Origin: Mobula hypostoma | Lineage: Eukaryota | Direction: 5' to 3' | DNA length: 64,000 nt | Assembly: GCF_963921235.1 (NCBI RefSeq) | Contig: NC_086118.1 | Location: forward strand, 17,052,001 to 17,116,000 | In this document: piece by piece, positions 1 through 12,959 of the stretch | Layout of the letters: each line of letters begins with the position of its first letter | Position numbering within the stretch: position 1 is the first letter of the stretch | Notes under the pieces: generated by a model | Databases searched by the model: none | Told to the model about the DNA's origin: nothing | Seen by the model: the letters and a program-made list of their open reading frames with translations, nothing else | Translations under genes and position numbers: made by a program

Positions 1-321
1 TTTCAAGGAAGAGTCCTTAGGATTTGGGTGTTGGTGTGGGATGTGGGTATGAGTACAGGATTGGTTCAGAGATCACGTTGGTATGTAGTAGGTTTGTGGC
101 AAGAATCTATGGATGGGAGATAGATTGCTAAACAATGCAGGAGAGGAAGGTGGGAGATTATTTATAGTTGGGGACTGGCAGTGTAGGATCAGGAAATGCA
201 CTGAAGTTTCAGATCAGTGTGCGGTGATGTCAGATGAGAATTTCTGAATTGGAGGTCTGATTCATTGTGATAAAAGAACTCACGAGGAACTAGCGGTAGT
301 TGCTCAGGCGGTCCATCTTTA

Positions 322-447
322 GATACAAGAAACTGCGGATGGTGGAAATCTGGATCAACACACACAAAATGGTGGAGCCCAAAACTTCATTTTCTTCCAT
401 AGATGCTGCCTGACCCCTGAATTCCTCCAGTATTGCATGTGTATTGA
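322..447. repeat. Penelope pLTR-derived short element with two oppositely oriented halves
   Basis: Left half (acaagaaactgcggatggtggaaatctgg...cacacaaaatggtggag) matches 21005-21060 and 51070-51130; right half (ccatagatgctgcctgacccctgaattcctccag) matches the reverse complement of the same family. Confidence 0.6.
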
Positions 448-1724
448 GTCCACTTTAAAGTTACTGAACAGTTCTATGAAGTCCGATTCTGCATGATAGC
501 CCTTGCTCCAGTACTGGGTCCTCTATATTAGCGTGCATCATACAAACAAGAAACCAAGAACAAAAATCAGAGAACTTCACCATCTACATAATCAATTCTG
601 AATTTCCATCACAATTTACTCCTTTTAGAAACTGGGTTGTGTGGCACATGAAAGTATGTTGTTACTAGATATAGATTTTTTTTTACACTACAAAGATGAT
701 ACATTCAGAATGATCACATTCTACAACAGACTCCATTCTACATTCTACAATGTTTCCTGTACACAGGCATGAACCGGTTACTTATAAGAATAACTTTCAC
801 TCTACACAGACTTTTACTGGTTGCACTGGAGTCTCAAGTTACATTTCAAAAAGCCAAGCTGACCCTTAGCTTGGCTCATCCTTGAACATCTCCCGCCCTC
901 CCACATCAAGGATTGAGGGGAAATAAGGCACAGGGATGCATTAAAGTACATTTTCCCAAATCTAGGTTTGAAGTAAAATATTGATTGACGGGAAACAAAC
1001 ATATCTGTCTCTGTGCGGGGGTGGGGGGTGGGGGAGGGGTAGAAGAAAAATATAAAATGGAAATAAAAAATTATTTTTCCTTATTCAATTCCTTGATGAG
1101 TATTGATATTCTGAAGAATTATTAGAGCATTACCCTGAAATATTACTGAAGCAAATATCATTGTCCTGAAATAATAAACTAATTTCGTATTTGCAGTTGA
1201 ATTTACAAGGAAAGAAGCTATTAAAACGTCTTTCGTCTTAATTTCTCTAAAAATTTGATAGTATATCAGCGCACCCACAAATATTGCTCATGAACTTGAG
1301 ATTGTAGTCAGTACTGAAATCAAACTACATTTGCAGTGTATATTTGCAGGCCATTTAGATGCATTTATTTGGCTTTTACTACAAAAAATGTCTTTTGGCA
1401 CCTTCATTCCAATAAATTCTTAACATCAAAAGAATCTGCTCTGAGCTCATGGATTCTAATTGCATAAAGGTGCCTGTTTGAAACTTGTGATGCCAAAAAG
1501 AAATCATAGAGCAATGACCCAAAACATGCAGATATTGTGAATCACAGAACCCACACTGCACTCAAGCTCAGGTACCTCGCAGGCATCGCTTCCCTGCCAA
1601 GAGCAAAACACGACAACCTTAACTCAATCAAGAAATCTGTGTTGAACTAAATAGCACAGTTCATATCCACATGATATGGTTTGAAGCTTGTGTTAAAGTA
1701 TTAGCCCAAGGGAATATACTTTTG

Positions 1725-1728
<4 letters not shown>

Positions 1729-1772
<44 letters not shown>
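1729..1772. repeat. (GT)n microsatellite
   Basis: About 22 perfect GT units, directly visible. Confidence 0.98.
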
Positions 1773-1775
<3 letters not shown>

Positions 1776-2651
1776 TACATGTTGGTGTATGTAGGTGAAT
1801 TTTTCTAAACGAGGCAATGCTCATGGGAGGTTTTAAGTGAAGCTATCCTTACGAATTCACGAGCTTAGGTCTAGCTGTCGAAAGTGCTGGCTGGGATCAA
1901 AGTATGTGATTCATCTGCACCCATACAGCCCAGTGCAGGTGCAATCAAAATGAGCTACCCTCCAACGAGTCATTTCTAGTGCACAAGCGTTACTCCAGAT
2001 CCGATGCAGCACTCCCCCACCCACCCCCCGCCAAAATACAGTAAGATAAAGAACACAAGCTTGGAAAGATTGCAATCAGCTATGACAAAGTATGGAGGAG
2101 GATTGACACTCTGATTTTTAGATTGGCTCATGATATCTTGATACACTACACCAAGGAAGGAGAGGTTCTCAAGAAATGGCATGGTACCACACTTAACATA
2201 TGTGTTCAAGATCAAAGAGTACTTCAGCAAATCCTATTTCTCAACTATCTCACACATTGCTCCATTGTATTCATCCCCATTTATGACAAACCTAATACTC
2301 ATATGCTCCTCAATGACCTCAGAGACATCATCACTCCAAGTCTATAACTTCACCTCATAGATTCCATACACTATCATCAATTCCACCATTTCAAGCACAT
2401 CACTCAGGCAAACTAAAAGACACTCCTTAATACGTTTCCCCGCCATGCTAGAGATGACAGTGTATAACAAGAGCCAGCAACAACACACCAAGAACAGCCA
2501 AACCCAGGCTGATTGACTCAGAGTACTGCCACTCAAGTTCCAGCTGCTACTGAAACTGTGACCAATGGTAGAACCAAAAGTTGTGAAGATGATATGTAGT
2601 TAAGCATACTTCTCACTACCCATCTTCCTCAATTCATACTTATACCTTACT

Positions 2652-2956
2652 GTGGGACGGCTCGGTAGTGTAGTGGTTAGCACAACACTTTACAGTGCAG
2701 AAGACCTTGGTTCAATTCCTGCTGTGCCTGTAAGGAGTTTGTACGTTCTCCCTGAGACTGTGTGGGCTTCCTCTGGGTGCTCTAATTTCCTCCCACAGTT
2801 ATTAGATGTACCAGTTGGTAGGTTAATCGGTCATTGTAAATTGTCCTGTGACTAGGCTAGCATTAATTTAGGGAGTTGCTGGGCAGCGTGGCTCGACGGG
2901 CCAGAAGGGTCTACTCCGTTTTGTAGTTCAATCAACCAACAAATAAATAAATAAAT
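2652..2956 (+). mobile_element. tRNA-derived V-SINE (HE1-like)
   Basis: A-box-like gtagtggttagc, B-box ggttcaattcc, V-domain ggagtttgtacgttctcc...tttcctcccacag, (aaat)n tail. Confidence 0.85.
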
Positions 2957-4366
2957 TGCAGATAATGTTAGTGCCTCCCATCTTCCACTTTCTTGCCCTA
3001 ACCCATCTCCATCTCATCTTAAGGCTATCACTGTGGCATTCTTCCTTCAGGCAATGAGAGTTTCCCAATTAGACTGGTGGTACTGAGGTCAATAGTGTTT
3101 GGCGATATTATATCAATGGTGACAAGTTTCTCAAATATATATTAGTGACCACTTTATCTGTGCATGCTACACACTATAGCCACAGTGCACCAAACATGGA
3201 GGGAGGGCTGTTTTGGGTTGTACATAGGTTAAATCAGTTATAAAACAGTCTTCCTTGTCCTGGGTGAAATCAATTTTTGTTTTGATTTTAAGAACAGCAA
3301 ATGCAGAGGAGTCCCCTCGCCCTTCTGACAGCGGGTGCAAGAAGGACATTGAAACTGGGGAGCTGAGCCTCTTACTGCATATTCTCCAGCTTCTGATATG
3401 TTGCTGTCTTCACAGTGATGACAGAATACTAAGCCATCAAGCGTTCATGGGGAATGGTGGTGGGGCTGGGGTGGTGATGCAGGTATGCCAGCTGCATATG
3501 CCAATTGAGAATTCTACCAAAAAATTACTATACATCACAAACTTGCTGTTAATCATCTACAACGGAATTGCCTTACATATGAATGTAAATAAATTTAAAA
3601 TGGCTTCTCACACATATTCTGTTTAACACTTGAAATAAAATTCACTGTTTGAACTTCTTTTCATTAAAAAAAGCAATATTATGGAGGCTATCCAATGGCT
3701 AGACTGAACTAATTTACCACTGAAACTAAAATCATTTAATTCATAATGTCAAATGGGTACTATAATTTATTCCTGTATTCTGGATCTCCAACAGCACTTC
3801 ATCAGGTTTAACAGAACTGTTGTGAATCAAAATTGAAGGCTTAATATTATTTTATAGTTTTGCCGGTTGTCTGAAAATTCTGGATGCCAAAACACAAGAT
3901 AAACAAGAGTTTACTGTACATTGCCTGTCTACAATAATTATGGCTGATGTAGTCAATGGAAGCCCTCAGAATGTTATTAAGGGGGACACTGTAATGGTAA
4001 TGGTGCTGAGTGGGAGTGGATGGTGAATATATTCTCTCTTATTGTGGACCTTTATTGGCTGGCAGTTGTGGGTCATGAAAATTAAATTTGTTTTTACTAG
4101 CAAATGCCCAAATATTACCTAGTTCCCATTATACAAAGTATGCCTCATTTTATTACCTGAGCACAAACAATTAGGGATCAAGTTTATAAGCCTTCCCAGA
4201 GACCAGAGTTGAACTCCTATCACTCCACCTTCCTTGTTTCTCCTCTCTTCCTCACTTTCTTTCTCATGTCACACAGTGGCTAAATCTATAGATCACTGAC
4301 AGGACTGTGGAGAATGAGAAAAGCCCCACGAATTAAAATGTCCATCTTAGGTGTGTATATGCAGTC

Positions 4367-4420
4367 GATTCATTACTATAATATACCATTGATGATTCAT
4401 TACTATAATATACCATTGAT
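4367..4420. repeat. Perfect 27-bp tandem duplication
   Basis: gattcattactataatataccattgat x2 (4367-4393, 4394-4420). Confidence 0.95.
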
Positions 4421-4469
4421 GTGTTCAACATTATTGAGAGATGCTATATATATGATATTAGAAAAGTAT

Positions 4470-6489
4470 AGAAACATAGAAACATAGAAAATAGGCGCAG
4501 GAGTAGGCCATTCGGCCCTTCGAGCCTGCACCGCCATTTATTATGATCATGGCTGATCATCCAACTCAGAACCCAGCCTTCCCTCCATACCCCCTGACCC
4601 CTGTAGCCACAAGGGACATATCTAACTCCCTCTTAAACATAGCCAATGAACTGGCCTCAACAGTTTGCTGTGGCAGAGAATTCCACAGATTCACCACTTT
4701 CTCTGTGAAGAAGTTTTTCCTAATCTCGGTCCTAAAAGGCTTCCCCTCTATCCTCAAACTGTGACCCCTCGTTCTGGACCTCCCCAACATCGGGAACAAT
4801 CTTCCCGCATCTAGCCTGTCCAATCCCTTTAGGATCTTATACGTTTCAATCAGATCTCCCCTCAATCTTCTAAATTCCAACGAGTACAAGCCCAGTTCAT
4901 CCAGTCTTTCTTCATATGAAAGACCTGCCATCCCAGGAATCAATCTGGTGAACCTTCTTTGTACTCCCTCTATGGCAAAGATGTCTTTCCTCAGATTAGG
5001 AGACCAAAACTGCACACAATACTCCAGGTGTGGTCTCACCAAGGCCTTGTACAACTGCAGTAGTACCTCCCTGCTCCTGTACTCGAATCCTCTCGCTATA
5101 AATGCCAGCATACCGTTCGCCTTTTTCACCGCCTGCTGTACCTGCATGCCCACTTTCAATGACTGGTGTATAATGACACCCAGGTCTCGTTGCACCTCCC
5201 CTTTTCCTAATCGGCCACCATTCAGATAATAATCTGTTTTCCTATTTTTGCCACCAAAGTGGATAACTTCACATTTATCCACATTAAATTGCATCTGCCA
5301 TGAGTTTGCCCACTCACCCAACCTATCCAAGTCACCCTGCATCCTCTTAGCATCCTCCTCACTGCTAACACTGCCACCCAGCTTCGTGTCATCCGCAAAC
5401 TTGGAGATACTGCATTTAATTCCCTCATCCAAGTCATTAATATATATTGTAAACAACTGGGGTCCCAGCACTGAGCCTTGCGGTACCCCACTGCCATTCT
5501 GAAAAGGTCCCGTTTATTCCCACTCTTTGCTTCCTGTCTGCTAACCAATTCTCCACCCACACCAATACCTTACCCCCAATACCGTGTGCTTTAAGTTTGC
5601 ACACTAATCTCCTGTGTGGGACCTTGTCAAAAGCCTTTTGAAAATCCAAATATACCACATCCACTGGTTCTCCCCTATCCACTCTACTAGTTACATCCTC
5701 AAAAAATTCTATGAGATTCGTCAGACATGATTTTCCTTTCACAAATCCATGCTGACTTTGTCCGATCATTTCACCGCTTTCCAAATGTGCTGTTATCACA
5801 TCCTTGATAACTGACTCCAGCAGTTTCCCCACCACTGACGTTAGGCTAACTGGCCTATAATTCCCCGGTTTCTCTCTCCCTCCTTTTTTAAAAAGTGGGG
5901 TTACATTAGCCACCCTCCAATCCTCAGGAACTAGTCCAGAATCTAACGAGTTTTGAAAAATTATCACTAATGCATCCACTATTTCTTGGGCTACTTCCTT
6001 AAGCACTCTGGGATGCAGACCATCTGGCCCTGGGGATTTATCTGCCTTCAATCCCTTCAATTTACCTAACACCACTTCCCTACTAACATGTATTTCACTC
6101 AGTTCCTCCATCTCACTGGACCCTCTGTCCCTTACTATTTCTGGAAGATTATTTATGTCCTCCTTAGTGAAGACAGAACCAAAGTAATTATTCAATTGGT
6201 CTGCCATGTCCTTGCTCCCCATAATCAATTCACCTGTTTCTGTCTGCAGGGGACCTACATTTGTCTTTATCAGTCTTTTACTTTTTACATATCTATAAAA
6301 GCTGTTACAGTCCGTTTTTATGTTCTCTGCCAGTTTTCTCTCATAATCTTTTTTCCCCTTCCTAATTAAGCCCTTTGTCCTCCTCTGCTGAACTCTGAAT
6401 TTCTCCCAGTCCTCAGGTGAGCCACTTTCTCTGGCTAATTTGTATGCTACTTCTTTGGAATTGATACTATCCCTAATTTCTCTTGTCAG
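4470..6489 (-). mobile_element. Young CR1 LINE, 5'-truncated (copy 1)
   Basis: RT ORFs 5437-6555 and 4566-5471 (KSPGPDG, YLDFQKAFD, FADD); (TTCTATGT)n tail at 4470; 11-bp deletion at about 5492 shifts the frame; candidate TSD AGTAT at 4465-4469 and 6488-6492. Confidence 0.97.
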
Positions 6490-6925
6490 TATCTTGCTGT
6501 TATATATAGAGCTGCGATAATCAATGAACAGGTATACAGATATCCACATCCCCAAGCTGCCAAAATGTTGTGGTCCAGATTTGACACAGCCAGCATCAAG
6601 GTAATGTTACACATGGGCTGACTTCACTGTAATACACTACTCTGAAGACTTAGAACATACAAATGTTGAATGCAATTCCAACTCAATGTGTAGCATAAAT
6701 GTGCTTTGAGATCAAAACTGACTGAAAATCAGCAGCGATGCCAGAGTAAACCAGAACGAGTATCCTAATTTTGGGACATGGGTATGAATATTTCTATATG
6801 AAAGGCAGTGTTACTTAGTGGAAATACAAGTATTTCTGTATGAGGAGCAGTGTATGAGGTTCATCGTAAGGAGATGTGCAAGGGCTTGGAAAACAAAATG
6901 TTACTGGCAGTTTTTCTATCTGTTC

Positions 6926-9289
6926 TTCAAGATTCAAGTTTGTTTAATGTCATTTCCAGTAAACAAGTGTAAGGGAAAACAAAATAATTGTTACTCCAGA
7001 TCTGATGCAGCACAAAAACGCACAATTAATATAAATACACAAGATAGCTTACATTCATAGTTTGACTGTATGCCCATAAAGTAACGCAAGAATGTCTGTG
7101 CATAAGGTGACTAACAGGAAGTAATAAAGAAGTGATGGGAGAGGAGTTAGAGGGATTGGTTACTGGGTGGAGGTGTTGATCAACTCTGCTGCTTGGGGAA
7201 AGTAACTGTTTTTGAGTCTGGTGGTCCTAGCATGGATGCTACCTAGTCTCCTCCCTGATGGAAGTGCAACAATCAGTCCACGAGCAGGGTGGTTGGGATC
7301 CTTCATGATGTTACTGGCCCTTTTACAGCACCTTTCTATTTATCTGTCCTTGATGGCCATTAGGCCAGTGCTGCTCTTGGTTGTGACTATCCATTGTAGA
7401 ATCTTCAGTGCGGTTTCCATAATCAAGCAGCAATGTTCTACTGCACATCTGTCGAATGATGTGAGTATATAGCAGATGTACATGGTCCAGCTCACTTCAG
7501 CCTCCTCGGAATGTAGAGGTGCTGGTGAGACTTCCTGATTGTGCAGAATGTGTTCTGGGACCAGGGCCAATTGTACGAGATGTACACTCCCAGAAGTTTG
7601 AAGCTGCTCGCAGTTTCCACTGCAGAACTGCCAATGAAAAAAGGGGTGTGAGTGGTGCGAGTTCTCCTGAAGTCAATAACTATCTCCTTTGTGTTGTTGA
7701 TATTGAGGAAGAGGTTATTTACCTACCACCAGGCCTCGAGCTCTTCCACTTCCTCTCTGCAGGCCATTTCATTGTTGTTGGCAATGAGCCCCTGCACTGC
7801 TGTGTCATTGCAAATCTTGACAATGTGAATACTCGGGAGACTGGCCTTGCAGCCATGTGTCAGCACAGTTTACAAAGGGGTCAGTACACAGCGTGGGGTG
7901 GCGGGGGGGACACCCATGTTGAGGATGATGGAGAGTGTATCCTGACCATCTCAGGTTTGTTAGTTAGCAGGTCCAACACACAGTTGCACAGTGGTATATT
8001 TATGATGGAGGATTAGTAGTTTGTTCTCCAAGGTCGGTTGGACAATAGTGTTGAATGCTGAAATGAAATCCAGCAAGACCAATCTGGCATAAGCATCCTT
8101 GTTTTCTAGGTACTTCAGGGACAGGTGCTTGGCAGACACTATGGCATCTGTTCAGAGTGGTTCTGTCAGTAAGCATATTGGTGAGTGTCCAATGTGACAG
8201 AAATGGAGTTTTTGATAATGTGCCATTACCAACAGTTCAAAGCACTTCATCATGATTGGCATCAGTACCACTGGGCAGTATTCATTTAGTTATGTAAGTG
8301 TAGAATTCTTCGGTACACAGAAGTTGGTGGCTGAATGAAGCATGTGGGGATGGCAGCCTAAATCAGTGAAATGTTGAAGATGTCCATAACACATCAGTGA
8401 GCTGGTGTGCACACTTCCTGAGATGTTTTCTGGCCAGGCCACCTAACAGGGGCTGATTCTCCACAGAGTCCTTCTCATGTTTGTTGCTGTTACAGACAGT
8501 GGCTGCTCATCTGGCAGAGGAATAGCTTTTATCGCCAGTGTTGTGTTGTATGCCTCGAAATGCGCATAAAAGTTGTTTGGAGCATCATGAAGAAAGGCAC
8601 CACTGGTCCAGTCAACTGTGTCTTTCCTTGCAGAGTGATTAATGCATTTGATGTCCAGCCGCATATGCTGGTGTCGCTTATCAGACATGTGTTCCTGAAC
8701 TTTCTGCCTATCGGTGGACTTTACCCTCTTGATGCCTAAGATAAGGTTTCTTCTGACTGCCCATAGAGTTGTTCTGTCTCCATACTTGAAGGCAACATCC
8801 TACACTTTTAGTAGGGCGCTTTCCTCTGCCTTCAGCCAGGCTTCGAGTTGGGCCGTGAAATGACAATTCTTGAGGTACCGTCATCATCCACATTCTTACT
8901 GATGTAGCCAGTGATGAGGCACATACGTTGAGATCTGCATCTTCTCCATTTGTGGCAGCCACCTTGAAACTCTGGCAGCTAGTTTGTTCGGGTAAATCCA
9001 AAGGAAGTGGAATCTGTGTGTACATTAACAAAGGTTGGTGCATAAACTCACCTGTAGTTAGCAGTCATAGTTCTGGGGCAACTGAATATCTTACAATTAA
9101 ATGCCGGATACATAACTTGCTCAGGAAGTTTACCGTTGTGTTCATTACTGTTGTCTACATCCCCCCGAACTTCCTTCACCAAGGATGCACTAGGAGAGCT
9201 TTACAGTATCATCAGCTCTCTACAAAACAAGCATCCGGACCGTCTCTTCGTACTTGCAGGAGACTTCAATCATGTTAACCTGCAGGACA
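6926..9289 (-). mobile_element. Degenerate Rex1/Babar LINE with an inverted 5' endonuclease segment (8988-9289 on +)
   Basis: Minus-strand RT remnants (NNFYAHFEA, gtgctttgaac, gatttcatttcagcattcaac) and an aaacttgaatcttgaa tail; plus-strand APE piece SGKSKGSGICVYINKGWC...VYIPP...AGDFNH. Confidence 0.8.
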
Positions 9290-10629
9290 ATAACAGCACA
9301 TTTGGAAAGCGGTGAAATGATCGGACAAAGTCAGCATGGATTTGTGAAAGGAAAATCATGTCTGACGAATCTCATAGAATTTTTTGAGGATGTAACTAGT
9401 AGAGTGGACAGGGGAGAACCAGTGGATGTGGTATATTTGGATTTTCAAAAGGCTTTTGACAAGGTCCCACATAGGAGATTAGTGTGCAAACTTAAAGCAC
9501 ACGGTATTGGGGGTAAGGTATTGGTGTGGGTGGAGAATTGGTTAGCAGACAGGAAGCAAAGAGTGGGAATAAACGGGACCTTTTCAGAATGGCAGGCGGT
9601 GACTAGTGGGGTACCGCAAGGCTCAGTGCTGGGACCCCAGTTGTTTACAATATATATTAATGACTTGGATGAGGGAATTAAATGCAGCATCTCCAAGTTT
9701 GCGGATGACACAAAGCTGGGTGGCAGTGTTAGCAGTGAGGAGGATGCTGAGAGGATGCAGAGTGACTTGGATAGGTTGGGTGAGTGGGCAAATTCATGGC
9801 AGATGCAATTTAATGTGGATAAATGTGAAGTTATCCACTTTGGTGGCAAAAATAGGAAAACAGATTATTATCTGAATGGTGGCCGATTAGGAAAAGGGGA
9901 GGTGCAACGAGACCTGGGTGTCATTATACACCAGTCATTGAAAGTGGGCATGCAGGTACAGCAGGCGGTGAAAAAGGCGAATGGTATGCTGGCATTTATA
10001 GCGAGAGGATTCGAGTACAGGAGCAGGGAGGTACTACTGCAGTTGTACAAGGCCTTGGTGAGACCACACCTGGAGTATTGTGTGCAGTTTTGGTCCCCTA
10101 ATCTGAGGAAAGACATCTTTGCCATAGAGGGAGTACAAAGAAGGTTCAACAGATTGATTCCTGGGATGGCAGGTCTTTCATATGAAGAAAGACTGGATGA
10201 ACTGGGCTTGTACTCGTTGGAATTTAGAAGATTGAGGGGGGATCTGATTGAAACGTATAAGATCCTAAAGGGATTGGACAGGCTAGATGCGGGAAGATTG
10301 TTCCCGATGTTGGGGAGGTCTAGAACGAGGGGTCACAGTTTGAGGATAGAGGGGAAGCCTTTTAGGACCGAGGTTAGGAAAAACTTCTTCACACAGAGAG
10401 TGGTGAATCTGTGGAATTCTCTGCCACAGCAAACTGTTGAGGCCAGTTCATTAGCTATGTTTAAAAGGAAGTTAGATATGGCCCTTGTGGCTACAGGGGT
10501 CAGGGGGTATGGAGGGAAGGCTGGGTTCTGAGTTGGATGATCAGCCATGATCATAATAAATGGCGGTGCAGGCTCGAAGGGCCGAATGGCCTACTCCTGC
10601 ACCTATTTTCTATGTTTCTATGTTTCTAT
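9290..10629 (+). mobile_element. Young CR1 LINE, 5'-truncated (copy 2)
   Basis: Open RT C-terminal half (ORF 9254-10531; [13 protein letters not shown]); 3' UTR and ttctatgtttctatgtttctat tail near-identical to copies 1 and 3. Confidence 0.97.
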
Positions 10630-11662
10630 CAGTCAAAGTTTCAACCACTGTAACTCCAAGAACGAAATATAGGTCCAAGGAAGTTAATGATTTATCTGGT
10701 GATTAGTGCTAGTAACTATAAATCTCTTTGGGATCTGGTCTTCAAACTATCATCCTGCCAATGTTGGTAAATGCACCAGAATCAGGAAAAAAACATTCAT
10801 TCCCTCATTGGCAATGGGCAAAGTTGATTGGCAGCAGTATCATCTAGAAAATGCATTGTTATTGACCCAGATTACCCCAACTGTAACTCTCAACCTCACA
10901 ACTTCTACCACTCATGACGAGAGCAGTGGGTCCATGGGAGTACCATAGCTTGCAGGTTCCCCTCCAAGTTTCAAACAACACCAATTTGGAAATATATTGA
11001 TAATTCTTCATGATTGGGTGCAATTCTATTCCCAAGAGCACTGTGGCAATAGCTTCACCAGAAGGGCTGGAGCAATTCAAGGCAACGGTTTACAAAAGGA
11101 CTGAACTTACCAGCAATACCAGATCCCTGAAGTGGATTTAATAACAGCAATATCAGCTTGCAGTTTTGTAGCCTGTAATCAACATCTGCTCATGATCCTG
11201 GTTGTCATATGGCATTTGCTTGAACAAAACCTTGCCTCTAAATTATTTGCTGATGTGTACACCTTTACTTGGGGCTGTTTGCTTGAAGGTTTTTGGGTTT
11301 GTCTCCTAGCTACTGGACTCTCTGCACTCAGAAATGATTACAGTAACCTTGTTAAGAGTATGTAAATGCAGCCATAAAGAGCATTATGAAAACTTTGTGA
11401 TATGGCTGATGAATGAAAAGAACATAAGGTTCCATGCCAAGGTCTAAGCTTATTTTATTAAATGCCTTTTGAACTTGGAAGCTTTGATCTAGCAAAATGC
11501 TTGCTGATAATCCATTGCTGTTCCTTCCCTCAGATGAACTTTGTTCCTAATCTCCTGTAGATGGATGACAATGTTACATTCTAATAATAATTCAGTTTTC
11601 TATTTCTCGGCAGCTTTACAGTTACCAGCATATCCCTACAGTGAAGAGTATTTATCAAGTTG

Positions 11663-11817
11663 TCACACAAAAGACAGCAGAATACTGGAATCTGGAGCAA
11701 AAAACAAATTCTGGAGGAATTCAGTGGGAGGAAAGCAAATGACTTGAAACATTAACAATTCCTTGTTTTCCACAGATGCCACTTGATCCACTGAGTTCAG
11801 CCAAAAGATTGTTGCAG
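11663..11817. repeat. Degenerate Penelope pLTR-derived inverted element
   Basis: cacacaaaagacagcagaatactggaatctggagc...ttccacagatgccacttgatccactgagttc; same two-orientation layout as 322-447. Confidence 0.5.
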
Positions 11818-12959
11818 AATTTATCTAGTCGTTGGTGTCCAACATTTTCTCATTCAAGATGGTGACTCAAAGATGGCAAATTTAGTTTTTACACAGACCA
11901 CATATTACAGTGGACAGGACATGGGGCAGTGACACAAAATATCAATTGACCAGCTAGAAAGAACACAATGCACGCAATACAAGACTTCAATCTGTTCACT
12001 ACCCCTGTACATAATAAAGGCTTATTTCCTTCCTCTATTTGTTTCTTGTTGTCAGATCATTTTGCCCTTATCATGCAAATAAAATTCCTAGCAGTTATAA
12101 GTTTATCCTGAAAATGACAAACATGAATGATATATTCCATGAGTCTGTACAAATACCAAAACTTTACCAATCCTTGGATTGGAATTAATATTATTATTTA
12201 TCATAATTCAGATTTGGTAGCAATTTACTTAAATTTTTGATATTTGGATTAGATTGTACACCCAGGACTTTATTCAGACAACTTTTATCAACTTCTCTAG
12301 TGCATGAGGGTGTACTTCTGTGCTTTTCAATGAGAGAAGGTCCACTGCTGATCTACTGCTTCTCTTTACTTTAAATCAGAAGATTTCCTAAGGTAGACAG
12401 TAATGATGCTACCACATCAGTCACATTTGCCCAGCGGAGACTTACTTCTGCTTAATTTAGCAGAAAGAGATGAATGCTTCCCTCTTGAAGATCTCTCCCT
12501 TTAATAGTAATCTTCATAAAAAGATTCAGCAAAGAAATGGATACCTGCCCTGTTAGAAAAATACACATATTAGAAGGGCGATCCCAGACACTCCATTATA
12601 GGTCATAACTTTATCAAAAAATCTGGAATAAAGATGAGTACCACTAGAAAACTAGGCTTTCAGTTGGTCTAGCTAAATATCTCACTCTGCCTCTCATCCT
12701 TTATATCTCAGGCACCTCATGTGCTTTGTGTCGAATTTCATTTGACAACATTGAGTAACATCTTGAGTCTTTGATGCTATAGAACAGGTGCAAATGGTTG
12801 TTTCATTAGCATGAAAGGACAGCAGTGTGATTTATCTTTGAGGGGTGGGGGAAGGTTAAAATCCTAATCTACAAATAACTCAAATCTGATCTGCTTTCAG
12901 TTGCCTCTCTTTCTTCCATCATTTCCCTTCAATTGAGTCACAATGTTACTCCAAAAGAA

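Noticed and set aside
1..320. Possible degenerate Penelope internal fragment
   Set aside because: Too decayed to translate into convincing motifs by eye.
3290..3482. Possible plus-strand exon (acceptor ttttgattttaag, open frame, donor cag|gtatgc)
   Set aside because: Peptide unrecognised and no partner exons found; unsupported without RNA-seq.
5437..6555. Apparently novel N-terminus fused to CR1 RT (MGMWISVYLF...)
   Set aside because: Chance read-through of flanking DNA into a 5'-truncated copy that is frameshifted downstream; the same applies to 9254-10531.
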